A DNA stretch of 64,000 nucleotides from an uncultured virus (IMG/VR IMGVR_UViG_3300025141_014349) (IMGVR_UViG_3300025141_014349), one strand, 5' to 3'. Positions 37,720-47,564 are shown, counted from the stretch's first letter. Numbers and translations are program-made. The notes: generated from the letters alone by a model not told the origin.

Positions 37720-39420
37720 ATGTCAATTTTAGAAAAATTAACTGAAGGCATCGTTAATCGAGATCTTAGCAAAGATGGTCACGCCATTGTTGATAAGTGG
37801 GAAAAGACTGGTCTCTTAGAGGGTCTTGATGACGGTACTAAACGTAGTAATATGGCAGTTTTGCTTGAAAACCAAGCAAAAGAACTGTTACGAGAAGCGT
37901 CGACGCTGGCAGTAGGGGGTGATGTTGAAGGTTTTGCCGCCGTCGCGTTTCCAATTGTACGGCGTGTGTTTGGAGGATTGATTGCCAATGATCTGGTGTC
38001 GGTTCAACCGATGAGTCTGCCTAGTGGACTTATCTTCTTCCTGGATTTCACTTTTGGTGGAACACCAGGACAAACGTCCCGATTGGGTAACGCTAATAAT
38101 ACTTCGCTATATGGTGGTGGCGCTGTCGGTCAGCAAATCACTGGTGGCGTGAGTTTGACTGGGGCAGATATTGAGCAATCGTTTTATAACTTGAACAACG
38201 GTTATTCATCTCCTACGGGTTCTGATCTCAATCCCACCATTACTGCGCTCGTCTCTGGCACCATTGGTGGAGCAGCGAGTGTGGATTTGGAATGCGCAAA
38301 ACTTTGTCGCTATGATGCGGATATTCCGTCCGGTACCAATGTAGCTATTGCTTCGATTGATACGACTGTGGAGCTTTCGCAATTGAACATGAAGGATCTG
38401 GTGTCCGTTACAATGGCACCAGCGCAGGGGCAGCAAGCACGCCGCCTCACTTCGCTGAGTGGATCATCGCAGACTACTATTTTGGTAGTGAATGCGGCCA
38501 CGGGGTCTGAAGGGACTAACTTGTTGATGACTTCACTGACTGGCGCCCAAACTGTTACTTATGTAGAGACTGATAACTTTACGCAAGGTACGGGACAACC
38601 GGGATCAGTTGTTGCTACGCAGCGATGGGGATTGGAAAACAATCCGAATATTCCCGAAATCGACATCAAGGTGGACAGTGTTGCTGTAACGGCAAACACC
38701 AAGAAGTTGAAAGCCAAGTGGACCCCAGAATTGGGACAAGACTTGAACGCTTATCACAACCTTGATGCTGAAGTTGAGTTGACGAGTATTTTGTCAGAGC
38801 AGATTGCTCTTGAAATTGATCAAGAGATTTTGGAAGATTTGGTTGCCGGCGCTACTGCTGGTACCTTTTATTGGAGTCGCCGTCCTGGTCGATTCTTGAC
38901 TCGCGATACCGGGGCTGCTATCAGCACCAACGCGAACGAGAATCTCTTGGGTGCTGACTTTACTGGAAACGTGTCAGAATGGTACGAGACTCTTCTCGAA
39001 ACCGTTAATGACGTGTCCGCCCAAATTCATCGTAAGACGCTTCGTGGAGGTGCAAACTTTCTAGTTTGTGGTCCTGAGGTTTCTAACATTCTTGAGTTTA
39101 CCTCTGGTTTCAAAGCCCGAGTAACTCATGATGATGATAAGGGTAGTGCTGGTGCCGTCAATGTCGGCAATATTTCGAAGAAGTGGGATGTCTATGTAGA
39201 CCCCTACTTCCCTCGCAATGTTGTTCTGGTCGGGCGCAAGGGTAGTTCGTTCCTCGAAAGTGGTTACGTGTACGCTCCTTATGTCCCACTCCAAACGACT
39301 CCCACTATTTTTGGTGTTGAAGACTTCGTGCCCCGAAAGGGCGTCATGACGCGATACGCCAAGAAGATGGTGCGTCCCGATCTCTACGGTCTGGTTGTTG
39401 TTGAAGATTTGTTGGGCTAA
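37720..39420 (+). CDS. Major capsid protein (T4 gp23-like)
   Basis: VSVQPMSLPSGLIFFL, KKLKAKWTPELGQDLNAYH, YAPYVPL, GVMTRY; AAGGAGG SD supports ATG 37720. Confidence 0.95.
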   Translation: MSILEKLTEGIVNRDLSKDGHAIVDKWEKTGLLEGLDDGTKRSNMAVLLENQAKELLREASTLAVGGDVEGFAAVAFPIVRRVFGGLIANDLVSVQPMSLPSGLIFFLDFTFGGTPGQTSRLGNANNTSLYGGGAVGQQITGGVSLTGADIEQSFYNLNNGYSSPTGSDLNPTITALVSGTIGGAASVDLECAKLCRYDADIPSGTNVAIASIDTTVELSQLNMKDLVSVTMAPAQGQQARRLTSLSGSSQTTILVVNAATGSEGTNLLMTSLTGAQTVTYVETDNFTQGTGQPGSVVATQRWGLENNPNIPEIDIKVDSVAVTANTKKLKAKWTPELGQDLNAYHNLDAEVELTSILSEQIALEIDQEILEDLVAGATAGTFYWSRRPGRFLTRDTGAAISTNANENLLGADFTGNVSEWYETLLETVNDVSAQIHRKTLRGGANFLVCGPEVSNILEFTSGFKARVTHDDDKGSAGAVNVGNISKKWDVYVDPYFPRNVVLVGRKGSSFLESGYVYAPYVPLQTTPTIFGVEDFVPRKGVMTRYAKKMVRPDLYGLVVVEDLLG

Positions 39421-39444
39421 TTCTCTTAGTCTAGCAACTATCTA

Positions 39445-39490
39445 AAAGAAAAGAGTCTTCATATTCTGTATGAAGGCTCTTTCTTTTTTT
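39445..39490 (+). terminator. Rho-independent terminator after MCP
   Basis: aagagtcttcata...tatgaaggctctt hairpin followed by a T-tract. Confidence 0.8.
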
Positions 39491-39536
39491 GAAAAACTAA
39501 TTATAGGATGGAATATATAGCACGGAGGAAAACAAT

Positions 39537-40790
39537 GTGGCAGTCCCTACTTTATCGCCTAGTTCAAACTCAAGTCTAGTAGTATTACCCGTGACGGGTA
39601 CTAGAAACGATGTCACGGGATCTCTGCCCTTTGGTGTTTATACTGGCGCAGATTTTATTTCCGGCGCAGTAGATCAGGTGGCGTATGTTTATCGTAAGTT
39701 GGGCGGTGACGTTCTTGATGTTGAATTGACTGCCAATCAAGTCTATGCGGCTTACGAAGAGTCTGTATTAGAATATTCTTATATTCTCAATATTCACCAA
39801 TCTAAAAATGTGCTATCAGATGTTCTGGGAAATGTTACGGGAACTTTCGACAGTGACGGCGAGATGAAAGCGGGAACTCTCAAAACTTCTTTGAGTGGTA
39901 CGGGCGCCGAATTGCGCTTTCCAAAGTTTAATTTTGCTTACCCGCGCCGGATAGCGACAGGCATTTCTGAAGAGGCCGTCGTAGGAGGTGACCTTCGGGT
40001 TTTTTCTGCATCCATCAATATTGTAGAAGATCAACAGGACTATGATTTGCAGTCCGCTGTCTCCGCGAGCACTGATGCTGCTTTTACTTTCGACAGGAAC
40101 AAGAAAATTCATATCAAAAAGGTATACTATAAATCCCCGCAGGCGATGTGGAGATTTTATGGATACTACGGGGGAATTAATGTCATCGGCAATTTGTCTA
40201 CTTATGGTCAATACGCAGACGACAGCACTTTTCAAATAGTTCCAGTTTGGCAGAATAAACTTCAAGCGATGGCATATGAAGATTCTCTTTATACACGCAT
40301 CTCTCACTATTCTTTTGATATTCGCAACAATAGATTGAGGCTCTTCCCTATCCCAACGCGCTATCAATTTAAAAAAGTGTGGTTTGAATTTACTGTTGAC
40401 GAGGATCCTTTCATTGACGAACCCACTAGCGATACAGGTACGCGCGGCGTCAACAATATGAATACATTACCTTTCGCTAATATATCTTATAATAATATTA
40501 ATTCAATCGGGAAACAGTGGATTAGAAGATTTGCGCTAGCAGTAAGCAAAGAGATGCTTGGACTTACTAGGAGCAAATTCGCTACCATTCCCATACCAGG
40601 CGAATCGGTCACCCTTAATGGCGAGGCACTTGTCACACAGGCAAAAGAGGAAATGGGTGCACTGCGCGAAGAACTAAAGACAGTCCTAGAAGAGATGACT
40701 TATGCAAAGTTGGCAGAGAGCGACGCTGCCCTTGTAGAGAGCACTCAGAATTTACAAGCACGAATACCGTTAGCAATTTTTGTAGGATAG
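39537..40790 (+). CDS. Neck/head-tail adaptor (T4 gp13-like)
   Basis: KLGGDVLDVELT; WIRRFALAVSKEMLGLTRSKF..IPG..VTLNG; position after MCP. Confidence 0.8.
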   Translation: MAVPTLSPSSNSSLVVLPVTGTRNDVTGSLPFGVYTGADFISGAVDQVAYVYRKLGGDVLDVELTANQVYAAYEESVLEYSYILNIHQSKNVLSDVLGNVTGTFDSDGEMKAGTLKTSLSGTGAELRFPKFNFAYPRRIATGISEEAVVGGDLRVFSASINIVEDQQDYDLQSAVSASTDAAFTFDRNKKIHIKKVYYKSPQAMWRFYGYYGGINVIGNLSTYGQYADDSTFQIVPVWQNKLQAMAYEDSLYTRISHYSFDIRNNRLRLFPIPTRYQFKKVWFEFTVDEDPFIDEPTSDTGTRGVNNMNTLPFANISYNNINSIGKQWIRRFALAVSKEMLGLTRSKFATIPIPGESVTLNGEALVTQAKEEMGALREELKTVLEEMTYAKLAESDAALVESTQNLQARIPLAIFVG

Positions 40791-40803
40791 GAGGGTCAAG
40801 TAA

Positions 40804-41604
40804 GTGGCAGCACAAGATATTACTTGGACTCAACCGAAGAATCCTCCTCCGCCGCTGTTCGCAGGGGCGAAAGAAAGAGATTTTGTTAAGCAGGTTAATG
40901 ATGAATTAATCGAGCGCGTAATAGGGCAGACTATTTTGTACTACCCTGTTAGTCTCAAGCACACCAACTTTCATTCTTTGTATGGCGAGGCGATTCATAA
41001 AACTTTCACGGCGCCAGTCAAGGTTAATGCCCTTATAAACTGGGAAGGGCAGGAAACTAACACTACCAACTACGGCATCGACCGTCGCTCCAAGATAACC
41101 ATTCATTTTCACAAGAGGCGACTTACTGATGACCAGGACCTACAAGTTCAAGAAGGCGATTTCATATTGTATGGTAGATTGTTTTATGAGATTGTATCTC
41201 TGAATGAACCTCAGCGACTTTTTGGGCAGATAGACCACAAGATGGAAATCGCTGCAACCTGCATTCGTGCGCGCGATGGAGTATTTGAAGAGGCGCCACT
41301 ACCCAAGGCATCGATTTCTAAATATCAACTATCCCAGGATCGGATACGCAACGTATGTGTATTTACTTTGAAGATCCCCTCAGATTGTAAAATCTGTGTT
41401 CCTAAACTCTCTGCGGCGGATACTGAATCCTTAGACTATAAGACGCTACAAGAGTTTGTGGCGGACGGATGTAAGTATAAGGGATACCAATTCTACTTGA
41501 CGGACGCAGGACCATCACCAGTGAGTCCATTCTTGATATCTAATAAATGGTATTTCAATGAAGACTGTGTGTGGTATGCTAGTCCTTTTTATAGTTCTTT
41601 ATGA
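40804..41604 (+). CDS. Neck/head closure protein (T4 gp14-like) with extra C-terminal module
   Basis: ELIERVIGQTILYY, LYGE, EGDFI; C-terminus similar to the fibre C-termini. Confidence 0.75.
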   Translation: MAAQDITWTQPKNPPPPLFAGAKERDFVKQVNDELIERVIGQTILYYPVSLKHTNFHSLYGEAIHKTFTAPVKVNALINWEGQETNTTNYGIDRRSKITIHFHKRRLTDDQDLQVQEGDFILYGRLFYEIVSLNEPQRLFGQIDHKMEIAATCIRARDGVFEEAPLPKASISKYQLSQDRIRNVCVFTLKIPSDCKICVPKLSAADTESLDYKTLQEFVADGCKYKGYQFYLTDAGPSPVSPFLISNKWYFNEDCVWYASPFYSSL

Positions 41605-41615
41605 GGTAAAATAAC

Positions 41616-42461
41616 ATGACTATCATTTCAAAGACGGGCGAGAAAATAATAACTTTTGAACCATCTGATTTAGAAAATATCGACCTAGCGCTGTATACTT
41701 GGATTGATGAAGGACTCAATATTTTTTCTACCTCCAATCGTGGGTGGGAAAAGATTCCAGTTTTATGGACAGCGGCAGAAAGATCTTATCAATCAAAACG
41801 AAGCAAGAGTTTGAGAGACAAAGAAGGTGCTCTGATTCTTCCCCTCATTACGGTAGAGCGCGTTTCAGTAGAAAAGGATCCTGCCTTTAAGGGGTCGTTG
41901 CAAGCAAATATCTTTCCCATCAACGATTATCGCGGAGGATCGATACCGCTAGATAGAGTCATAAACCAGACGAAGACTAAGAATTTTCAAAATGCTGACG
42001 CCAAAGAAGATTATGGTCAATTGAATTTTAAAGTAAAGAAGAAGAGTAAAAAGATTGTATATACCCATCGTTCTATTCCGATGCCGGTATACATTACGGT
42101 CATGTACAAGATTATGTTGCGCGCCGAATATCAGCAGCAAATCAATGAAATGAGTCAGCCTCTCATGGTAAAGACGGGGGGAATAAATAGTTTTATTTTA
42201 CATCAAAACGGGCACCGCTATGAAGGATTTATGCAAGCGCCCTACGCTCAAGATAATAACGTGGCGCGCATGGAGAATGAGGAAAGGATGTACCAGACTG
42301 CTATTGATATAAAAATCTTGGGTTATTTGGTAGGATCGGCCGATAATCAATCTAAGCCGCACATCGTTGAAAGGGAAAACGCTGTCGAAATCAAGTTGCC
42401 ACGCGAGCGTGTAATAATGGAAGATAAACGTTTCTGGGACGGGAAGGTGTTCACTGAATAG
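41616..42461 (+). CDS. Tail terminator (T4 gp15-like)
   Basis: IPVLW..ER, LILPLITVER, PMPVYITVMY; position before sheath. Confidence 0.65.
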   Translation: MTIISKTGEKIITFEPSDLENIDLALYTWIDEGLNIFSTSNRGWEKIPVLWTAAERSYQSKRSKSLRDKEGALILPLITVERVSVEKDPAFKGSLQANIFPINDYRGGSIPLDRVINQTKTKNFQNADAKEDYGQLNFKVKKKSKKIVYTHRSIPMPVYITVMYKIMLRAEYQQQINEMSQPLMVKTGGINSFILHQNGHRYEGFMQAPYAQDNNVARMENEERMYQTAIDIKILGYLVGSADNQSKPHIVERENAVEIKLPRERVIMEDKRFWDGKVFTE

Positions 42462-42492
42462 AGAATAAAAATAGCATTTGATATTTTTCGCA

Positions 42493-42500
42493 ACTATTTA
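42493..42500 (+). promoter_or_regulatory. Putative late promoter motif (ACTATTTA)
   Basis: Intergenic before the sheath gene. Confidence 0.55.
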
Positions 42501-42564
42501 AAAGAAGCAAAAAGTAAGCATTAGAGATGCGCTAAGTAATAATTTATAAGGAGAGCAACCCGCC

Positions 42565-45405
42565 ATGTCAGTTGATAAATTTAAGTTTGTATCCCCTGGA
42601 GTTTTCGTTGCTGAAATTGATAATTCTCAATTGCCGGAAATACCACGCGGGGTAGGTCCCGTAATCATAGGGCGCTCCCTGAAGGGTCCGACTCTTAGGG
42701 CAATCCAAGTTCGGTCCTTTTCAGAATTCGTAGAAACATTCGGAGACCCCATTTTTGGAGGAGCATCGCCAGATGTATGGCGCTCAGGACCCAATGTCAG
42801 TGCCCCCTCCTATGGAACTTATGCTGCCCAAGCTTATTTGCGGAACAAAAGTCCAATTACCTTTGTGCGATTAGCGGGGATTCAAGATGATAATGCTGCC
42901 CCGACTGGAAACGGCGAGGCCGGCTGGCAAACCACCGGATCAGCGATGAGCACTGCCTATACTACAGGCGGTGGTTTCGGACTGTTCATGGTCGGCACAG
43001 GAAGCACCACGCACTTAGATGGCGGAGTTCTTGCTGCTATTTTTTACGCCAAAGATGGCGCCGTTGAATTGAGCGGTACCTTGGTGGACGGAACTGCCAA
43101 TCAGACAGGTACTTGTGGACTATTCAAGGAGCAGGGCACCAATCAGGAATACACCGCACAGATCAAAGATAACAGCGGCACTATAACGGATAAGGTTGTG
43201 TTCAACTTCAACCAAAATAGTAAGCGCTACATTCGCAACGTTTTCAATACTAACCCCACTCTACTTAACGCAGATATGACTGCTAATTCAGTGGAAAAAA
43301 CTTATTTTCTCGGAGAAACTTTTGACCGAGCAGTTTCCGACAACATTACCACTGCCTCTTGCGCGGTGGTGGTCGGTCTCGACTCTGGGTCCAATACGAT
43401 GCAACACGTCCAGAGGATGCAACTAAGCAGTCCTACGACAGGTTGGTTTCTTTCTCAAGACTTTGGCGCCGCCGGAATCTACACACCCACCAACATGCAG
43501 AAACTGTTTAGATTTGTTGGGTTAGAGAACGGTTCATGGCCACAAAGTAATTTGAAGATTTCTATCACGGAAGTCAAGGCGTCTCCTAACGAGAACAAAC
43601 CTTTTGGCACATTCACGGTGCGAGTGAGAGACATTAGTGATAGTGACAACACTATGCGCCCTGTCGAAACCTACGCAGATGTGAACTTGAATCCCAACTC
43701 TCCTAATTTTATTTCCCGACGCATTGGGGACAGTTATACAGTTTGGGAAACGAGCAAGAAGAGATACCAGTCATATGGTGACTATGTGAATCAATCGCGG
43801 TATGTACGTGTCGAGATGGACAGCGCCGTTGCTAACGGCACCACAGACCCCAAGAGTCTTCCTTTTGGCGTATACGGTCCTACTCGATGGAAAGGATTTT
43901 CAGCACTGAGCGGAAATACTGCACCTGCCAATTACGCGGGGACGACGACTGCTCTCAATAAGCGGTATGTGAAGGGTGCTAATAGCGTCCCTGACACGAT
44001 TGCCGGCGACGGCGCATTGATTGCCTTCGGCGCCAATGCCACCGTAACGACCGCATCCTTTCAGTTTCCGCAAGTACCTACGCGGACCAATAGTGATGAC
44101 GGCATTATTACTAACCAAAAGAACGCATGCTTCGGCGCGACTACCAATAAATCTAATAGTAATCGCCTCGACCCTTCTCTTGTAGATTTGGTACGACGCA
44201 AACCTAACGATGTGGATAACCTCTCGCTTCCAGAAGATGCTCTAGAACATTCTTGGGTCTTTTCATTGGACGATGTTAAGGAAGGAGTGTCGGGATCGTT
44301 GGCGACTTGGGCTTCTGGTTCACGCGCCGCTGGCACGTCCTTTACTGCCTTGGGAGATTACAAAAGTGTTCTCGACGAAGGGTTCAACAAGTTTACGACC
44401 GTCCTCCAGGGAGGATTTGAAGGTTTGAATATTTTGGAGCGAGAACCATTTCGCAACACTCTTCTGAGTGGCGTAGATGCTTCAACGCAGTATACGTATG
44501 CTTCTATCGAAAGAGCGATAGATTCCGTAGCGGACCCAGAGGTGGTAGAATGTAATATGATGACAATGCCCGGTCTCACTGAGACTACATTGACTGATAA
44601 CCTTCTCACCGTATGTGAAGCTCGCGCTGATGCTCTCGCCATCATTGATTTGAAGGGCGGATATCAACCCGATACGGAGAGCACCGAAAGTGCTGCTCAA
44701 CGTTTGGGAAGTGTGGCAGATACTATTACTCAGTTAGATAACAGGGGCATCAATAACAGTTATGGGTGTTCCTACTATCCATGGGTTCAGATTAGTGATA
44801 CGGTAACTACCGGAGGATCTCTCTGGGTACCACCCAGTGTGGTTGCTTTGGGAACTTTCGCTAGCAGCGAGCAGGCGAGCGAACTATGGTTTGCTCCTGC
44901 CGGGTTCACTAGAGGCGGATTGACAGAGGGAAGTGCAGGTCTTCCGGTGACGAACATTCGCCAACGATTGACCTCTGAAGACAGAGATGATCTTTACAGC
45001 GCCAACATTAATCCCATCGCTCAGTTTCCCGCAGAAGGGATTGTGATTTTCGGACAAAAAACTTTACAAGTAACTCAGTCTGCTCTTGATAGGATTAACG
45101 TTCGAAGGATGTTGATTTTCGTCAAGCGAGAAATTTCTAGAATTGCTTCTCGGTTGCTCTTCGATCAGAATGTGCAGGTTACTTGGAACAGGTTCTTGGG
45201 GCAAGTAAATCCCTTCCTTTCCAGTGTGCGCACGAGATTGGGTGTGACTGATTTCAAAGTTCTTTTGGACGAGTCAACTACTACGCCTGATTTGGTAGAT
45301 AGAAACATTATGTATGCTAAGATTTTCTTGAAACCCGCGCGTGCAATTGAATTTATCGCCCTAGATTTCGTCGTGACAAGATCCGGAGCTTCTTTTGATG
45401 ATTAA
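42565..45405 (+). CDS. Contractile tail sheath protein
   Basis: SPGVFVAEID, YYPWV, WFAPAGFTRG, GQKTLQ...DRINVRR, IEFIALDF. Confidence 0.95.
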   Translation: MSVDKFKFVSPGVFVAEIDNSQLPEIPRGVGPVIIGRSLKGPTLRAIQVRSFSEFVETFGDPIFGGASPDVWRSGPNVSAPSYGTYAAQAYLRNKSPITFVRLAGIQDDNAAPTGNGEAGWQTTGSAMSTAYTTGGGFGLFMVGTGSTTHLDGGVLAAIFYAKDGAVELSGTLVDGTANQTGTCGLFKEQGTNQEYTAQIKDNSGTITDKVVFNFNQNSKRYIRNVFNTNPTLLNADMTANSVEKTYFLGETFDRAVSDNITTASCAVVVGLDSGSNTMQHVQRMQLSSPTTGWFLSQDFGAAGIYTPTNMQKLFRFVGLENGSWPQSNLKISITEVKASPNENKPFGTFTVRVRDISDSDNTMRPVETYADVNLNPNSPNFISRRIGDSYTVWETSKKRYQSYGDYVNQSRYVRVEMDSAVANGTTDPKSLPFGVYGPTRWKGFSALSGNTAPANYAGTTTALNKRYVKGANSVPDTIAGDGALIAFGANATVTTASFQFPQVPTRTNSDDGIITNQKNACFGATTNKSNSNRLDPSLVDLVRRKPNDVDNLSLPEDALEHSWVFSLDDVKEGVSGSLATWASGSRAAGTSFTALGDYKSVLDEGFNKFTTVLQGGFEGLNILEREPFRNTLLSGVDASTQYTYASIERAIDSVADPEVVECNMMTMPGLTETTLTDNLLTVCEARADALAIIDLKGGYQPDTESTESAAQRLGSVADTITQLDNRGINNSYGCSYYPWVQISDTVTTGGSLWVPPSVVALGTFASSEQASELWFAPAGFTRGGLTEGSAGLPVTNIRQRLTSEDRDDLYSANINPIAQFPAEGIVIFGQKTLQVTQSALDRINVRRMLIFVKREISRIASRLLFDQNVQVTWNRFLGQVNPFLSSVRTRLGVTDFKVLLDESTTTPDLVDRNIMYAKIFLKPARAIEFIALDFVVTRSGASFDD

Positions 45406-45427
45406 TAATAAAAACTTAAAAGTGGAT

Positions 45428-45435
45428 ACTATTTA
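45428..45435 (+). promoter_or_regulatory. Putative late promoter motif (ACTATTTA)
   Basis: Intergenic before the tube gene. Confidence 0.55.
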
Positions 45436-45470
45436 GTAGTGCAATATCGAATTCAAGGAGAAAATAAACA

Positions 45471-46052
45471 ATGACATTCTGGAGTGATATAACATTAGCA
45501 GATCCTAAGAGGCAACACAGGTGGCTTGTCCAGATAACGGCGCCTGAACTTTCCCCGATGATGTCCTATGTGGCTAAAAAGATAAACAAGCCCAAGATGA
45601 CCATTGGAGAGGCGGAACATAAGTTTCTCAATCATACCTTTTATTATCCTGGTGGAGTCACCTACGATCCCATTAGCATTACTTTGGTAGATTCGGCGAA
45701 TCCTCACTCCACCAAGGCACTGTATGACTTGATTCAAGTTTCTGGATATCGACTTCCCAATCTCATTGAGCAAGCCGATATTTCTCCCAATCAACCCGAT
45801 ATGTCTACCATTAGTAAACGTCGGGGAGTGACTGCCCTAGAGCACGTCATTATTACTCAGTTGGACGGAGAAGGGAACGAGGTGGATAAGACCACCCTTC
45901 ATTCCGCGTGGATTAAAAGCGTGGATTTTGGCGGCGAACTAAGTTACGAGTCGGAAGGACTGATGGAGGTGACGATGGAAATCCGATTTGATTATTTTAC
46001 GTTGGAATGTTTCACTCCTGAAATGCCTGATGACATCCGCGCCACTGAGTAA
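45471..46052 (+). CDS. Tail tube protein (T4 gp19-like)
   Basis: PKRQHRW, YYPGGVTYDPISITLVD, AWIKSVDFGGELSYE; position after sheath. Confidence 0.85.
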   Translation: MTFWSDITLADPKRQHRWLVQITAPELSPMMSYVAKKINKPKMTIGEAEHKFLNHTFYYPGGVTYDPISITLVDSANPHSTKALYDLIQVSGYRLPNLIEQADISPNQPDMSTISKRRGVTALEHVIITQLDGEGNEVDKTTLHSAWIKSVDFGGELSYESEGLMEVTMEIRFDYFTLECFTPEMPDDIRATE

Positions 46053-46071
46053 GAAATAAGAAGAGGTATAA

Positions 46072-46968
46072 ATGACAAGAAGAAGTAATGAGGAGCGTCT
46101 TGGGATTCCTACGCCGGGTGCCAAGGATTCCAGTGATGCTCCCCCTATATTAAGTAACCAAGAAGCACCCAGCGATATATTATCATATGTTAGTCCCACT
46201 GAGTTAGTAGACTTGCCTTCTGAAGGTAAGTTCTACGCTAAGGGTCATCCCCTACACAACATTCCCACCATTGAAATTCGTGAAATGACAGCGAAGGAAG
46301 AAGATATTCTTACGTCCAAGTCATTGATCCAGAAAGGTGTGGTGTTGGATCGGTTACTACAAAGTATTATTGTTGACCGTAATATCCGCGTGGAGGATTT
46401 GCTAGTTGGGGACAAGAATGCCGTGCTAGTGTCCACCAGAGTGAGTGGATATGGGGCAGACTACCAAACCAATGTAAGTTGCCCTTCGTGCGGCGAGATG
46501 AGTAAATACGAGTTTGATTTATCAAATCGCGGCACTACTCCTCCCATTGACTTGGACAACTGTGATGATGAGAGCATAGCACATAGTGTTAAGTTATCTC
46601 CCGATGGCAATTATTTTATTACATTGCCTAAAATTGGACTGACAGTGGAGGTGAGACTACTCACCGGGCGCGATGAGCGCCACATTGTTGCAACACAGGA
46701 TATGAAAAAGAAAAGGAAGTTACCAGAGAGTGCTCTAACTGAGCACTTCAGATCGTTTATCGTTTCGGTAAACGGTGTGGAAGATAAATCACAAATTAAT
46801 AAATTTATTGAGGTAATGCCCGCTACCGATTCTCGGTACTTGAGGAAAATTTTTGGTAAACTAACACCCAACATTGATCTTACGCAGGAGTTCGTCTGCG
46901 ACAGTTGTAATCACGAGCAGGCCATGGAGGTGCCTATGACCGCCGACTTTTTTTGGCCTGACCAATGA
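46072..46968 (+). CDS. Baseplate hub/tail assembly chaperone (T4 gp26-like)
   Basis: VDLPSEGKFY, MTAKEEDIL, CPSC...CDSC, ends DFFWP. Confidence 0.8.
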   Translation: MTRRSNEERLGIPTPGAKDSSDAPPILSNQEAPSDILSYVSPTELVDLPSEGKFYAKGHPLHNIPTIEIREMTAKEEDILTSKSLIQKGVVLDRLLQSIIVDRNIRVEDLLVGDKNAVLVSTRVSGYGADYQTNVSCPSCGEMSKYEFDLSNRGTTPPIDLDNCDDESIAHSVKLSPDGNYFITLPKIGLTVEVRLLTGRDERHIVATQDMKKKRKLPESALTEHFRSFIVSVNGVEDKSQINKFIEVMPATDSRYLRKIFGKLTPNIDLTQEFVCDSCNHEQAMEVPMTADFFWPDQ

Positions 46969-46972
46969 ATAC

Positions 46973-47137
46973 ATGAAGTCCGTTTATGAGCAATTCTTTG
47001 TGCTTAAATATTATGGCGGATGGAGCTTTATCGAAGCATACAATTTACCAGTTCAATTGAGGAATTGGTTTGTAGAAAGATTAGCAAAACAACTGAAGGA
47101 TGAAGCAGATCAAGTAAAGGGTGCTTCTAGCAAGTAA
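46973..47137 (+). CDS. Small gp51-like/tail chaperone second ORF (54 aa), absent from the ORF track
   Basis: MKSVYEQFFVLKYYGGWSFIEAYNLPVQLRNWFVERL...; its frame is open back through the T7 run at 46948. Confidence 0.75.
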   Translation: MKSVYEQFFVLKYYGGWSFIEAYNLPVQLRNWFVERLAKQLKDEADQVKGASSK

Positions 47138-47164
47138 AGGAGGTATACCCTCCTTTACTTTTTT
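47132..47164 (+). terminator. Rho-independent terminator
   Basis: aagtaaaggagg-tatac-cctcctttactt hairpin followed by a T-tract. Confidence 0.85.
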
Positions 47165-47200
47165 ATTGAACTATCTATTTATTAGTAGAGAAGTTGGAGG

Positions 47201-47551
47201 GTGAATAGCATGAGTAATGACAGGGACTTGGTACCAGCAGTAATTGATTTTTCTAAAGCACGAAATGATAGCGGAGAACTCAACGAAAGTTGGTGGTTAA
47301 CTTTTGGTGCCATACTGAGATGGATTATGCCATCTCTCTATAAGGGAGGAACTCTCCCCTTGCAACTGACCGGTCATCCCATGGAGATTAGGACTTTCGC
47401 CAACGCACTTCACTCCGAGAAAAGATATCTTCAATCCTGGCGCGATCATGGACTAGACAGTCCACAGACTTATCGCAATAAGGGACAACTAAGTTCTGCC
47501 ATAGCGCAGTTTGAAAGAACGACCGGACTAAAGTGGCCATTTGAAAAATAG
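47201..47551 (+). CDS. Hypothetical protein (start may be ATG 47210)
   Basis: 116 aa; TCTATTTA motif at 47174 and GGAGG SD. Confidence 0.65.
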   Translation: MNSMSNDRDLVPAVIDFSKARNDSGELNESWWLTFGAILRWIMPSLYKGGTLPLQLTGHPMEIRTFANALHSEKRYLQSWRDHGLDSPQTYRNKGQLSSAIAQFERTTGLKWPFEK

Positions 47552-47564
47552 GAACATCTAAAGT

